DNA from: Vulcanimicrobiota bacterium
GTDB lineage: Bacteria > Vulcanimicrobiota > Vulcanimicrobiia > Vulcanimicrobiales > Vulcanimicrobiaceae
Length of the DNA: 64,000 nucleotides
Assembly (NCBI GenBank): GCA_963714015.1
Contig: OY970223.1
Coordinates: 2,592,001 to 2,656,000 of the forward strand
Reading direction: 5' to 3'
The stretch's first letter is position 1. Each line of letters opens with the position of its first letter. Below the pieces are notes generated by a model, which was not told where the DNA came from, did no database searches, and was given only the letters and a program-made list of their open reading frames with translations. A program made the translations under genes and the position numbers. Shown here piece after piece: positions 37,964-47,273 of the stretch.

Positions 37964-39400
37964 CTAGGGCGTCGCCCAGGCGTGGAATGCGTCGTAGCGC
38001 GGATCGTTCACCCACGAACCGCTCGCGATGGAACCGAGTCCAATCGCGCTAAAGGGACCCCCGCCGTCGTCGCCGTCCCAAATCGACGCGTTCACGATGC
38101 ATGCGATCTGCGGGTCTTGCAGCGCAACGCCGTACGCAGCGGAGAGATCGTGAGCGGCGACTTGCGGATCGAGTCCGTACGCGCTCGTATCGCTTGCAAA
38201 TCCGGTTTCCGTCAGACAGATCGGCGGACGCTCACCGTTCTGCGCAGCGATCGCCTCAACGCCTTTGTAGTTCAGCCATTGATTCTCGTAGGTCAATCCC
38301 CAAGAGACGGACGGCGGCATCTGCCAGGCGAAATTGTGAACCGAAAGACCGTCCCAGCAGGCGCCGATCTTGCAGCCGGAAGCGTAGATATTCGTAAGAT
38401 CGGTGAACAAGTTCGTGTGATTGCCGCCGCCGTTTGCGAGGCCGGGGCCGTAGACGGTCAGACTCGGATCCGCTGCTTTCACGGCGGGGTAGCCCGCTTT
38501 GAGAAACGCTGCGATGCCGGCGCCGGTGTCTGAATCCATGAACCAATAACTTTGGTTTGGCTCGTTCATCAGCTCGACTTGCGCAATCTGCGGGAGACTT
38601 TGCTGGGCCATCTGCGCGTTGTGCGCGACGATCCAACGCGTCACGGTCGCCGCATACGTTCCGTAATCGGTAGCGTTCGCGAAAGCTTTGTTCATGCCGA
38701 TTGTCTGCTGAATCCGCGAACCGCCGTACTGCAAGATGATCGGGAACATCGCAATGCCGTGCTGCGCTAAATGCGTTGCGATGTAGTCGTACGCCGTCCA
38801 GTTGGCGTCTAGGCCGTTGAGATTGCCTTGCAAGCCGCCCCAGATGAATGAAGCCTGAATCTCCACCCGTGCGCACGTTGCACCGGCGTTCGCCGCGGCT
38901 TGTTCCGCTGAATCGATGAGCGTATTGGCCGGAACGTTCGGAAGGTTCTGGCACGGGTTGTGCGAGCAGTCGCGGATCGTCTGCTCCTCGAGCGTCCAGG
39001 TATGGCCCATGACGCAGTAGCGACCCTTCGGCGCCGGCGGATGCGAGACGGGCGGCATATAGACTTGCGCGGGCGTCGTGACGGTAAACGTTGCGCCGTT
39101 CGAAGAGACGACGTACGCGACGCCTGGCGTGCGGCGCCAGCGAATCGCGACGCTGTTTGCGCCCACTCCGCCGTAAGCGTAGACGGTTGCGGCAGGCGAA
39201 ACGCTCGCACTCGTTTGAACGGGTCCTGCTGCGAAGCGAAGCACGAGCGGCGTATCGTACGGCATGGTGCCGCCGTTCTGTATCGGATAGCAGAGGGTCG
39301 GCGTAATCGTGGTGCAGGCCGACTGAATCGCCGGTGAAGATTGCGCGGCCGGATGAGCAAGGTGCAGCGCGGTCAAGAGCGCGATGAAGAGATGCTTCAT
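37964..39400 (-). CDS. Secreted clan GH-A glycoside hydrolase (GH5/GH39-like)
   Basis: Signal peptide, VELMNEPN (acid/base), DGLSVH and ICLTETG (nucleophile). Confidence 0.8.
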   Translation of the reverse strand: MKHLFIALLTALHLAHPAAQSSPAIQSACTTITPTLCYPIQNGGTMPYDTPLVLRFAAGPVQTSASVSPAATVYAYGGVGANSVAIRWRRTPGVAYVVSSNGATFTVTTPAQVYMPPVSHPPAPKGRYCVMGHTWTLEEQTIRDCSHNPCQNLPNVPANTLIDSAEQAAANAGATCARVEIQASFIWGGLQGNLNGLDANWTAYDYIATHLAQHGIAMFPIILQYGGSRIQQTIGMNKAFANATDYGTYAATVTRWIVAHNAQMAQQSLPQIAQVELMNEPNQSYWFMDSDTGAGIAAFLKAGYPAVKAADPSLTVYGPGLANGGGNHTNLFTDLTNIYASGCKIGACWDGLSVHNFAWQMPPSVSWGLTYENQWLNYKGVEAIAAQNGERPPICLTETGFASDTSAYGLDPQVAAHDLSAAYGVALQDPQIACIVNASIWDGDDGGGPFSAIGLGSIASGSWVNDPRYDAFHAWATP

Positions 39401-40329
39401 TGACCGATTGCCGCTCCAATCGGACCCTGCAATCCGGTGCTTACGCTATAACGCGCTTGCGTTGAGAAGTTCTCCACAATGACATCACCCGCGCCGTTGT
39501 GGCCGTCGCCCATCTGCGGCAGCACCATTTCTCCGGCAGCATCGCGCGTTGCATACGCGACGTAAAAATCATGGTTATCCAAAACATGCAGCAACGTGTA
39601 GTTCGGCCCGCCATATTCGGCGACAGGAATCGGGCACGGACCCGCTGCGTACAGATTGCCCGCAGCGTCGACGCTGAGCGAGAAAACCTGAACGCTCGCA
39701 CGCGCGAAGATCGAGCGATGCGTTCCCAAGAACGCGCCTACGGGATACTCGTACACCTCTTCGACCGCTTCGCACATAACGTACGTCGGCCACGCATCGC
39801 CGATGCCGGAAATCGACACGAACACGTCACCGGCGCTATCGACCGCAATACCGCGCGGCGCGTATCCTGTCGGCGTGTTGACACTTTTCAGGTAGGTCCC
39901 GTTCGAAGAGTACTCGACGATCTGACCGCCGGACGTGCCGTGTTGCCAGGAATCCGCAACGTACACGGTGCCGTCGCTTCCGACCGCGACGTTCATCGAA
40001 TGATGCAAGTTCCACCAGAAGCGATGGATGACCCAACGCGCACCGGAGGCGTATTCCATGACGCCGTTCAGCGTTGCGACGTACACGTGTCCTGCGGTAT
40101 CCGTTGTGACCCCGCCGACATTCGGCAAGCCGCGCACCGCTCGAAGCGGCGCAGCGTCATTCTGCCCGGCCGGATAGACCAAAAGCGCGTTTTGCGGGCG
40201 GTCGGCGACGTAAAGGTAACGCGCAGCGGGAGCGTTATGGACCGATTGGACGGAAACGGGCGTCGGAATGGAGGCACTTGCGCATCCGGAAATGACAATG
40301 CACGCGAGCAATGCTAGGGCAGATCGCAT
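39397..40329 (-). CDS. NHL-repeat lipoprotein
   Basis: GAGGT RBS, MRSALALLACIVISGC lipobox, and PRGIAVDSAGDVFVS-type repeats. Confidence 0.8.
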   Translation of the reverse strand: MRSALALLACIVISGCASASIPTPVSVQSVHNAPAARYLYVADRPQNALLVYPAGQNDAAPLRAVRGLPNVGGVTTDTAGHVYVATLNGVMEYASGARWVIHRFWWNLHHSMNVAVGSDGTVYVADSWQHGTSGGQIVEYSSNGTYLKSVNTPTGYAPRGIAVDSAGDVFVSISGIGDAWPTYVMCEAVEEVYEYPVGAFLGTHRSIFARASVQVFSLSVDAAGNLYAAGPCPIPVAEYGGPNYTLLHVLDNHDFYVAYATRDAAGEMVLPQMGDGHNGAGDVIVENFSTQARYSVSTGLQGPIGAAIGQ

Positions 40330-40365
40330 AGGAAAAAACCTCGTAAAGCGAAGGTGTAAGAACAG

Positions 40366-40411
40366 AAAAAGCCCCGCCGCAGCCCAATCCTTTGGGCCGA
40401 AGCGGGGCTTT
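40366..40411 (-). terminator. Long-stem intrinsic terminator ending the lysis region
   Basis: Minus strand reads AAAGCCCCGC TTCGGCCCAA-agga-TTGGGCTGCG GCGGGGCTTTTT. Confidence 0.75.
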
Positions 40412-40445
40412 GGTACATCCATGTTATGCCAGAGGCATACGTGAT

Positions 40446-40755
40446 CTACGGCGGCGAGTTTTGCCTGAAGATTCTTCAGGAACGCGATGCCTGCGGCGAC
40501 GAAAGCCGGCGCGCCTTGGGAGAGCGCGGCAGCGAGATTCGCCTCTTCCGATTGCAGCGCGCTGCCGACGATCGGCGAGAGCCACGCCGGAACGATCTTC
40601 TCGAGCGCCGCGTTGACGTTCGCCTCGGAGGGCGATGACCCGACAGCAGGAGCAACCGCTTCAACTTCGGCGATGATCGTCGCCTCGTTGGCTTGCGCTT
40701 CATTGGCGACAAAGCCGACAACGGCGGCTTCCAGTTTTTGAATGAAAGAACTCAA
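40446..40755 (-). CDS. Small Ala-rich amphipathic protein (stop probably lost to an indel)
   Basis: AAAGGT RBS and TTG start (SSFIQKLEAAVVG...). An out-of-frame TAG at 40446-40448 lies just before the terminator. Confidence 0.45.
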
Positions 40756-40817
40756 GATATGACCTTTCTGCAGAAATGGCAGCGCTGACCGGGCTGCGCG
40801 CGGTTTGCGAAGCAAAA

Positions 40818-41474
40818 TTAAAAAGCCGCACTAGGCGGCGTCTTTCTGTTTGAGCGCGACGACGGTTCCGGGCGTCGGCGGTGGCGGGGTAGTTCGAACG
40901 GTGCGCGGCATACCAAAGTACGCGGCGAGCACGGCCAACACCACGGTCCCGAATATCCAGACGAGCGCACCGACGAGCTGCGCGATCGGCGTCGCATCAG
41001 CAGGCATGAATTGGTGATGCCTGAGGTGGGAGAACGACCAATACAGCGAGATGAGATATTCCGGCTGACTGAGGAGTTTGAAAAGCGCGGCGACGGCACT
41101 GCATACCGACACGGCACCCGCGGCAAGGCCGATAAATCCGCAGCGATAGGTATTGAGGTTTTGCAGCATATCGTCCCCACCATGCGGTAGATGCGCACGC
41201 GCGTTACGCCTGAAAAGCGCAGATCATCGCGCACGACCGGTGAAACGTCGACAAGGTGCCCCGTCCATAGCGCCGGACCGTAATCCTCAACGACGCACCA
41301 CGATTCTGCGCCGTTAGCATCGTTGACGATCTGAATCCGCGTCCCGAACGGCACCAAATGCCGGGTTGCGCAGATGCGAGCGGCCGGATTAAATGGACGA
41401 CCGTCCGCCATGGTGCCGGGCTGGTTGTACCAGCTGGCAATGCCCATGGCGACGAACGCCCAGACCGGCGTCAC
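40818..41474 (-). CDS. RlpA-like double-psi beta-barrel lytic transglycosylase (credible part ~41180-41474)
   Basis: GIASWY...TMADG..FNP....CA...PFGT...I.N...V.DYGP.....VDVS...V.I. The C-terminal run-on overlaps the holin-like gene and is probably spurious. Confidence 0.75.
   Translation of the reverse strand: MTPVWAFVAMGIASWYNQPGTMADGRPFNPAARICATRHLVPFGTRIQIVNDANGAESWCVVEDYGPALWTGHLVDVSPVVRDDLRFSGVTRVRIYRMVGTICCKTSIPIAADLSALPRVPCRYAVPSPRFSNSSVSRNISSRCIGRSPTSGITNSCLLMRRRSRSSSVRSSGYSGPWCWPCSPRTLVCRAPFELPRHRRRPEPSSRSNRKTPPSAAF
40831..41169 (-). CDS. Holin-like two-TM protein
   Basis: Two hydrophobic helices, located in the lysis cassette and followed by a GCCGC-ctagt-GCGGC-TTTTT hairpin. Confidence 0.55.
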   Translation of the reverse strand: MLQNLNTYRCGFIGLAAGAVSVCSAVAALFKLLSQPEYLISLYWSFSHLRHHQFMPADATPIAQLVGALVWIFGTVVLAVLAAYFGMPRTVRTTPPPPTPGTVVALKQKDAA

Positions 41475-42166
41475 GTCGTCGCGAGGCGACGCTCTATCTC
41501 TATTTTATAGGCGTGCTCGCGTTGGCGCAGGGCGTTTCCCATGATCGACGGATCGATGTTCGCGTTGCTCATTCCATCCGGCAGCGGTACTTCCGTCGCC
41601 CAGTCCCAACGCTCGCCGGTCACGTAATAGTTTGCGTACTGTGGCGGATTGCCCGGATGATTCGCCGCTTCACCATGCGAAAACGAAATATGCTCCCCGG
41701 CATACGGACCATCCGCGGCGGTGCCGCTTAGGTCAATGTCGTACGCGCACGCGACAGCAGCGACGCCGGAGCACATCCAATCGGTCGTCGCGAGGGTGAT
41801 CGGCTCTGGTCCAAAGTTGTGCTCGTCGGCGAACGCCATATCATCCGTCGCGAACCCGAATGCTCCCGTGTTTCGCATATACGTGTGCGAGTGCTCGTCG
41901 TTGTCGTTCACGCCGATGGCGTTGTCTTGTGGGTTGCCGCAAACGTCGAAATAGAAGTGGCCGTTCGCGAAACGCAGCGCACCATTGTAATCGTTGAAAT
42001 CTTGGCCGTAATGCCCAACCGTCCAATGCCGGTAAATGCGCTTCAACGTACCGGGCGGACACGGATACTTCGACTTGAGCAGTTTTGCGTACTCGACGGC
42101 AGCGACTATCGCCGCCTCGGTCAAAGGCGCGGCAGGGTCGAAAGTTCCGAGCGGATTGAAGTCCAT
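41471..42166 (-). CDS. Endolysin, N-acetylmuramoyl-L-alanine amidase (Amidase_2-like)
   Basis: IYRHWTVG.Y...DY, HSHT..RNTG, SHGEAA and ERWD. GGAG RBS before ATG 42166. Confidence 0.75.
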   Translation of the reverse strand: MDFNPLGTFDPAAPLTEAAIVAAVEYAKLLKSKYPCPPGTLKRIYRHWTVGHYGQDFNDYNGALRFANGHFYFDVCGNPQDNAIGVNDNDEHSHTYMRNTGAFGFATDDMAFADEHNFGPEPITLATTDWMCSGVAAVACAYDIDLSGTAADGPYAGEHISFSHGEAANHPGNPPQYANYYVTGERWDWATEVPLPDGMSNANIDPSIMGNALRQREHAYKIEIERRLATT

Positions 42167-42170
42167 GTGA

Positions 42171-42593
42171 TTACTCCCCAGGTCTATAAAAAGAGCCCCC
42201 TTGACGGAGGCTTTCTTGTAGTGCTTCTTCGAGTTCGGCCGGTATCGGTGGGAGTCCGGATTCACCGCCTCCGCTGCGCACGTGCCCAATGACTGATCCG
42301 ATGTAAACGATAGCCGAAGCGAATTGACGCTTCATACTCCGCATTTCGTCGCACATCTGCTCGACCGCCGCTTTCCAGCCCTCGGAACTCAATCGGTAGG
42401 CGTCAGCTGCTGCGCGTGCTTCTCGCTCGCGTTGCAGGGCGGAGTCGCGCTCGCTCAGTGCGATCGCTGCTTCGTGCGCAAGGTGAACCCTGTCGCGAAA
42501 TACGGGTATGCCGCGGATAACGCCATACATTGCCGTTAATGCGGCGACGAGTTCAGCAACGGCGGTAATGAGCGGCACGAGCTGAATGTGCAT
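42171..42593 (-). CDS. Single-TM coiled-coil protein (holin/antiholin-like lysis accessory)
   Basis: N-terminal TM helix then a charged coiled coil, directly upstream of the endolysin. Confidence 0.5.
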   Translation of the reverse strand: MHIQLVPLITAVAELVAALTAMYGVIRGIPVFRDRVHLAHEAAIALSERDSALQREREARAAADAYRLSSEGWKAAVEQMCDEMRSMKRQFASAIVYIGSVIGHVRSGGGESGLPPIPAELEEALQESLRQGGSFYRPGE

Positions 42594-42682
42594 GATTCCC
42601 CAGCGGTGGCGAGCAAGGTGCGTTTTGGAGGCGATCATCAAGAACTGATCCTCTTCTAGACGAGGAACACCCAGTAGCCTGT

Positions 42683-43507
42683 TTAGTTGGAAACCTCGAT
42701 GTGAGTGACGCGTCCGCCGGCCGAAACCGATCCGGTAGTCGGACCGAGGCAGCCATGGACGTTTTGGCTGTAGTACGAATAGTTGACGGTCTGGTATGCA
42801 ACCGCCGCGGCGACGTAGTAGACGCCCGACGAGGGAACGGTGCCCCCTTTGCTGGTCGGATTCCACTGATTCGTCGTCGTGTTCTGTTGTTCGATGACCT
42901 GACCGCCGCTCGCGTTGAGTAGTTCGATAGTCGTCGAACCGGTCGCCGTCGATGTCAGCCGCGTGGTACACGAACTCGTCGAGTAGTAGGTCGTCGAGGC
43001 CGTCTGCGGCTCGGAATCGAACGAGACCGTGACGTGTGTCCCGCCGATAATCGTGGCGCCGTCGTTTACCGCCTGCTCGATCGTAAAGCCGGATGTGGTT
43101 CCGTACGCGTCTTGCGCACCGCTCGGCGGCGAATTCGGGTCTTGCGTGGCGCTATAGGAAACCGAACCCGCCTGCACGGTCCAGTTGAGCGATCCCTGAA
43201 TCAGCCACGGATCGTCATCCGGTTGAATCGTCGTCGAGTTGACGGCGCAGGATTCAGCAGCGCTCAGGCCCATCATCGCATTCGACGGAGATCCCGAGCA
43301 CGCGCCGTTATTTTGAACGTACGTTTCGAAGTCGCTGACGGACACGGCTTGAAGCGAACCGTTCCACGATGACTGCGCACTGCTTTTCCACGTGAACAGC
43401 GAGCCGATGTGCGAGTAGACGTACCCGCGGCTAAAGCCCTGGTCTGACGCCAGCAGCGCGACCGCTGCGATCGCGCAAAGCAGCGCGCGCGCTAGCGGCG
43501 AACGCAT
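42683..43507 (-). CDS. Signal-peptide-bearing beta-rich protein downstream of the tail fibre
   Basis: MRSPLARALLCAIAAVALLA..., Ser/Thr-rich with paired Cys. Confidence 0.6.
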   Translation of the reverse strand: MRSPLARALLCAIAAVALLASDQGFSRGYVYSHIGSLFTWKSSAQSSWNGSLQAVSVSDFETYVQNNGACSGSPSNAMMGLSAAESCAVNSTTIQPDDDPWLIQGSLNWTVQAGSVSYSATQDPNSPPSGAQDAYGTTSGFTIEQAVNDGATIIGGTHVTVSFDSEPQTASTTYYSTSSCTTRLTSTATGSTTIELLNASGGQVIEQQNTTTNQWNPTSKGGTVPSSGVYYVAAAVAYQTVNYSYYSQNVHGCLGPTTGSVSAGGRVTHIEVSN

Positions 43508-45654
43508 GAGGGAACCTTGCGGTTCTGCGGCAAGGCGCACAGGCCGCGAACCATCTTTACGAGTCCGTCGATCTCGCGTTGCTCCTTCAGAATTGCGAGC
43601 GCGTCGACGGTCGAGAGCGCGGCAGCATCGAAGTGATCGTGATGCGCACCGGAGAGCACCGAGGGCGTATCGTTGGCAATGAATCCGTAGCGCTCGGTCT
43701 TGCCGCCGTCGCCGTAGCCTTTCCGATACCGGTATTGTTTGAAGTCCGTCTTCATCAGCACGTCGAGCGGGTCGAACGTGATCGGCATAATGTCGTGTTT
43801 CCACTCACGCCGCGACGGGAAGAGGAAGTTCGAGGCATAGACGCTGCCGCCGACTCCGACGTTGCTCGAGTTATCGACACAGACGCGCCAGGCGATCGCA
43901 GACTGGGCGATTCCCGCGGTGGTGCAGGGAATGCCCTGAAGCGTTACCGCCGAGCCCGGGGCGCCGAACTGCGCAAGGCCGTTGACGACAAGATTGTTGT
44001 TGCCCAGAATGTTCAGCGGACCGTTCACGTTCGAACCCGTCGGACCGTAGGACGACGATCCGGCGACGACCGCGCCGCTGCTATTGAGCGTCAGGCCGCC
44101 GTTGATCGTTGCACTCGCCGGGCCGTACGTCGACGACCCCGCCAAATACGATCCTTGGATCTTCACGCTGCCGCCGTGCTGCAGTTGCACTTCGTTGACG
44201 CCGCCGACCTGATAGTCCGCGATGTCGCCCGTCGGCGAGGACGCGTTGCTGGCATTCCACGTGAACGGTACGGCTGAACCGGTTGCATTTGAGGCAATGG
44301 TTGCGCCGCTAGTGCTCGAAAACGCGAAGGGAGACGCAGCAGAAAACGTCTGCAGTCCGGCGAAGGTCTGAGGGCCGCTCGTCTGGGCGCACGCCCCGGA
44401 AATCGTTCCGAGCGATGACGTGGACGTCGCCTGCACGCAGAAGCCGTTCGTAAAGCCGCTGAACAGGTTCGTCAGCCCAGAGCCATTGCCGACGAAGGAC
44501 GCGGCCGTCACCGTTCCCGCGGGCGAGACGCTGAATTGCGTCGCACCATTGTACTGGAACTTCGAGTTGCCGCTACTATCGACGGCAAAGTTCCAGGTAT
44601 TCGTCTGCGGCGCGCTGCCCGTCCAAGACGACGACTGCAGTTGGAACCCGCCGACTGACCCGTAATTCTGAGACGACGTCGCAACGCCGGCTGGCGTGAT
44701 TTGACTGTTTCCCGCCCAGGCCGCGCTGTTGGCTGAAATCGATGTGAACGACGGCGTATGCGAAACGTCGACGACGTAGTTCGATCCCGAAGGCGTGACA
44801 CTGACGTTCGCGTCGCCCGCCGAGACCGTCGTCGGCGAACCGCCGGACGTGTTGCATCCGCCGCTCACAAGTTGCGCATTCGCATCGAAGAAGGCACAGG
44901 TCGCCGGCGAGACGCCCGCGTTCCCGATCTGTGCCCAGCCGTGGTTCCACCCGGGCGCCATCGTAATGTTCGAGGACGTGATGCTGGTCTGGCCGTTGGC
45001 GACCGCTACCCACCCGAGCGCGACATAGCCGCTATCCGCCGTCGGCTGCGTCGGTGATGTGCCGGCGGTTCCGGCTTTGGCGACGATCGAGATGAGATCT
45101 GACCGTTGCTGCGCGACGTTGAAGGGCGACGGATTGCCCAGGTTATCGAGAAAGGTGCGGCTCGCGAGATTGTGATCGAGTGGCGGCTGCACCTGCGCTT
45201 CGATGAGGTAGTACATCGAATAACCGGAGGTGGTCGGCGCCGTGAGCGGCCCGATCGGCGCGGTCGCCGAGCTGATGAAGGCCGGAACGGCGATCTTGGT
45301 TGGATCGGCGGGCAACGCGTCCGGGTCTGCCGTCGGTGTCGCTTGCGGCATCGGATTCGGATCGTCCGCAACCTGTTGATAAACTGCGCCGTTCGTTGAA
45401 CCGGCGGTAGGCGCAACCGTCACGTTCAGGCCGCTGCCGGGGCTTATCGTAAGATCCGCGTACGTGCCGGTTAAGCCGGCATGCAGCATCATGGTGCCGA
45501 TCAGAATGCGGGTGTCGCGCTCTTGCTGATTATAGTCCTGGTCGTTCGGCTGCAGACCCCAATAGTAGATCTGGCGATCGCCCGCGCGCGCCGGCAGCAT
45601 AACGAGTTGAGACAATAAAAACGCTGCAAGCACAGCGCATAGCACTCGACGCAT
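43492..45654 (-). CDS. Tail fibre with an N-terminal signal peptide and a C-terminal Peptidase_S74-like chaperone
   Basis: GGGAG RBS, MRRVLCAVLAAFLLSQLVMLPARA|GDRQIYY..., anchor motifs AKAG.AG...P.AD.GYV.L..V.VA.GQT.I....I, and C-terminal SRREWKHDI...YRY...YGFIA plus a coiled coil. Confidence 0.8.
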   Translation of the reverse strand: MRRVLCAVLAAFLLSQLVMLPARAGDRQIYYWGLQPNDQDYNQQERDTRILIGTMMLHAGLTGTYADLTISPGSGLNVTVAPTAGSTNGAVYQQVADDPNPMPQATPTADPDALPADPTKIAVPAFISSATAPIGPLTAPTTSGYSMYYLIEAQVQPPLDHNLASRTFLDNLGNPSPFNVAQQRSDLISIVAKAGTAGTSPTQPTADSGYVALGWVAVANGQTSITSSNITMAPGWNHGWAQIGNAGVSPATCAFFDANAQLVSGGCNTSGGSPTTVSAGDANVSVTPSGSNYVVDVSHTPSFTSISANSAAWAGNSQITPAGVATSSQNYGSVGGFQLQSSSWTGSAPQTNTWNFAVDSSGNSKFQYNGATQFSVSPAGTVTAASFVGNGSGLTNLFSGFTNGFCVQATSTSSLGTISGACAQTSGPQTFAGLQTFSAASPFAFSSTSGATIASNATGSAVPFTWNASNASSPTGDIADYQVGGVNEVQLQHGGSVKIQGSYLAGSSTYGPASATINGGLTLNSSGAVVAGSSSYGPTGSNVNGPLNILGNNNLVVNGLAQFGAPGSAVTLQGIPCTTAGIAQSAIAWRVCVDNSSNVGVGGSVYASNFLFPSRREWKHDIMPITFDPLDVLMKTDFKQYRYRKGYGDGGKTERYGFIANDTPSVLSGAHHDHFDAAALSTVDALAILKEQREIDGLVKMVRGLCALPQNRKVPSCVRR

Positions 45655-45662
45655 GTTTCTCC

Positions 45663-47264
45663 CTAGCCCGGCTGCATCGCCGTGATGACGGCCTCGGAAA
45701 TGTTGTTGTTCGAATCGATCGGCGCCCAACCAAAGAGCGTAAGCGAACCGCCGTACGGGTTGGAACCACCCTCGCTTCCGAGATAGTAGGGCAGACCCAT
45801 CGAAGTCGGATTGTAGACCAGATCGACGGTCACTTCGCCCGCGGGCAGATTCGCGCCGACACTGTTCGAGTTTCCGCCTGCATTGCCGACGAAGGCGCCG
45901 TTGACGTACACGCCGACCGATGCAACGCCCAGAGCGTGGAACGTAATATTGGCTCCGGCAGCAAGCGTCAGAATCGTGCGATAGCCGATTGAGAAAGGCT
46001 CGCCGTAAACGGTGTCTGCGCCGATCTTGATGCTGCCGTCGAGCGAGAGGGACTTGCCCCAATTCGTACCATTCCCCGGACGCGCGTAGCCGCCGCCTGC
46101 AAGGAACGTCACCGTGAAGGGCATACTGCGCGGCGGCGGATTCTTCAGCGCTACGCTCGTCGTCGCGCCGTCGGTAACCTCGAAGTCCGTGGAGAAGTCG
46201 AGCTCGAGCGCGCCAGCATAGCCGTTGAGGGTGGTCACGCCCTCGTTATCAAACGCAAAAGTGCCCGACGAGACGCGACGCACGTGGACGCCATTGCCGT
46301 CCTCGAGCGTGAAGGCTTCCGGACCATCGCCGTTGATCGTCGCGGCCGCCGGAGGCGCCGGAACGTTAATCTTGATCGTTTGCGCGTCTTGCGATGTAAC
46401 CGCCGCAACACCGCCGCCCTCGATGACGACCGATCCGGATTTGCCGTTCACACTGGTTTGTGCTTGCGCCGGCGGGGCGTTGATCTGAATGGTGCCCGCT
46501 TCCGGCTCGGTTACGGTTACCTGGCCGTCACCCTGAAACGTGAAGATCGGGCCGTTCTGATTGTTGATGACCGTTTCCGGGACGGTAATGTCGATCTGCT
46601 CGGGATTCCCCGAATCGACCGCAACCGTGGCCGCGCCCTTGCCGGCGAGTAATACCGATCCGCCCACGCCGTTGAGCGACGTTACGGGCGAGCTATCCGT
46701 TCCGGTGATGCACTTGCGCACGTCGGGAAAGATCATCGTGATATCCGCTTGCGTGATACCGGTCGCATTCGCTGGAACGGTAATACGAGCGAGTTCCACG
46801 TAGCCGGCCGGCGGCGTTTCGCTGCCTTCGACGTACTGCAGTGTTATCGTGTTAGCGTCGAGCGGAATGACCTGATCGGTCTTCGACCCGTCGATAGCCT
46901 CGACTTCGCGTGTAATCGTATCGCCGTCCGGAACCTGCGGCGTCGCCTGGATCGCGATGGAATCAGTGCGTTGCGCCGGCCCCGAACCCGGGCACTGCAG
47001 TTGCGTTGCAGGACAGTTGTCGCACCAATTCCCCTCCACGAACACGCGTTGGTTCGCGCCGCCGACCGTGACCTGAAACGACCCGTTTGCCGTAATCTGC
47101 AGCGGATCCATGGCAGGCAGGGCATTCATAACGCCAAGGACCGCTGCGAGGATCTCTTGCGATCGGTTGCGCGCAGCCTGCGCTTCCGAGAGCATATCCG
47201 CAGACTGGACGAGCTCGCCGTCCTCGAATGCGACGTTCTCGGTGTTGGAAAAATCCGAACTCAT
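45663..47264 (-). CDS. Tail fibre-like protein with (V)TS(L/V)NG repeats and no signal peptide
   Basis: P.GYVELARITVPANATGIT..DI anchor motif, and repeats VTSLNGVGG, TSVNGKSG and VTTLNGYAG. Confidence 0.7.
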   Translation of the reverse strand: MSSDFSNTENVAFEDGELVQSADMLSEAQAARNRSQEILAAVLGVMNALPAMDPLQITANGSFQVTVGGANQRVFVEGNWCDNCPATQLQCPGSGPAQRTDSIAIQATPQVPDGDTITREVEAIDGSKTDQVIPLDANTITLQYVEGSETPPAGYVELARITVPANATGITQADITMIFPDVRKCITGTDSSPVTSLNGVGGSVLLAGKGAATVAVDSGNPEQIDITVPETVINNQNGPIFTFQGDGQVTVTEPEAGTIQINAPPAQAQTSVNGKSGSVVIEGGGVAAVTSQDAQTIKINVPAPPAAATINGDGPEAFTLEDGNGVHVRRVSSGTFAFDNEGVTTLNGYAGALELDFSTDFEVTDGATTSVALKNPPPRSMPFTVTFLAGGGYARPGNGTNWGKSLSLDGSIKIGADTVYGEPFSIGYRTILTLAAGANITFHALGVASVGVYVNGAFVGNAGGNSNSVGANLPAGEVTVDLVYNPTSMGLPYYLGSEGGSNPYGGSLTLFGWAPIDSNNNISEAVITAMQPG

Positions 47265-47273
47265 ACGTGTCCT

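Noticed and set aside
39397..40815. 472-aa ORF as a single protein
   Set aside because: It reads through a strong terminator, and an internal RBS with a lipoprotein signal starts at 40329. Two genes joined by a lost stop is more likely.
40760..40830. Possible riboswitch in the lysis-region intergenic DNA
   Set aside because: No recognisable aptamer consensus; only a short terminator-like hairpin is present.
45655..46062. N-terminal 136 aa of the 856-aa ORF
   Set aside because: It overlaps the upstream fibre gene in another frame and is Arg-rich shadow sequence. The RBS supports ATG 45654.
43492..47264. Diversity-generating retroelement or invertible fibre cassette
   Set aside because: No reverse transcriptase, invertase, TR/VR pair or flanking inverted repeats were seen. 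The short repeats are protein-level (GSSxYGP, TSxNG).
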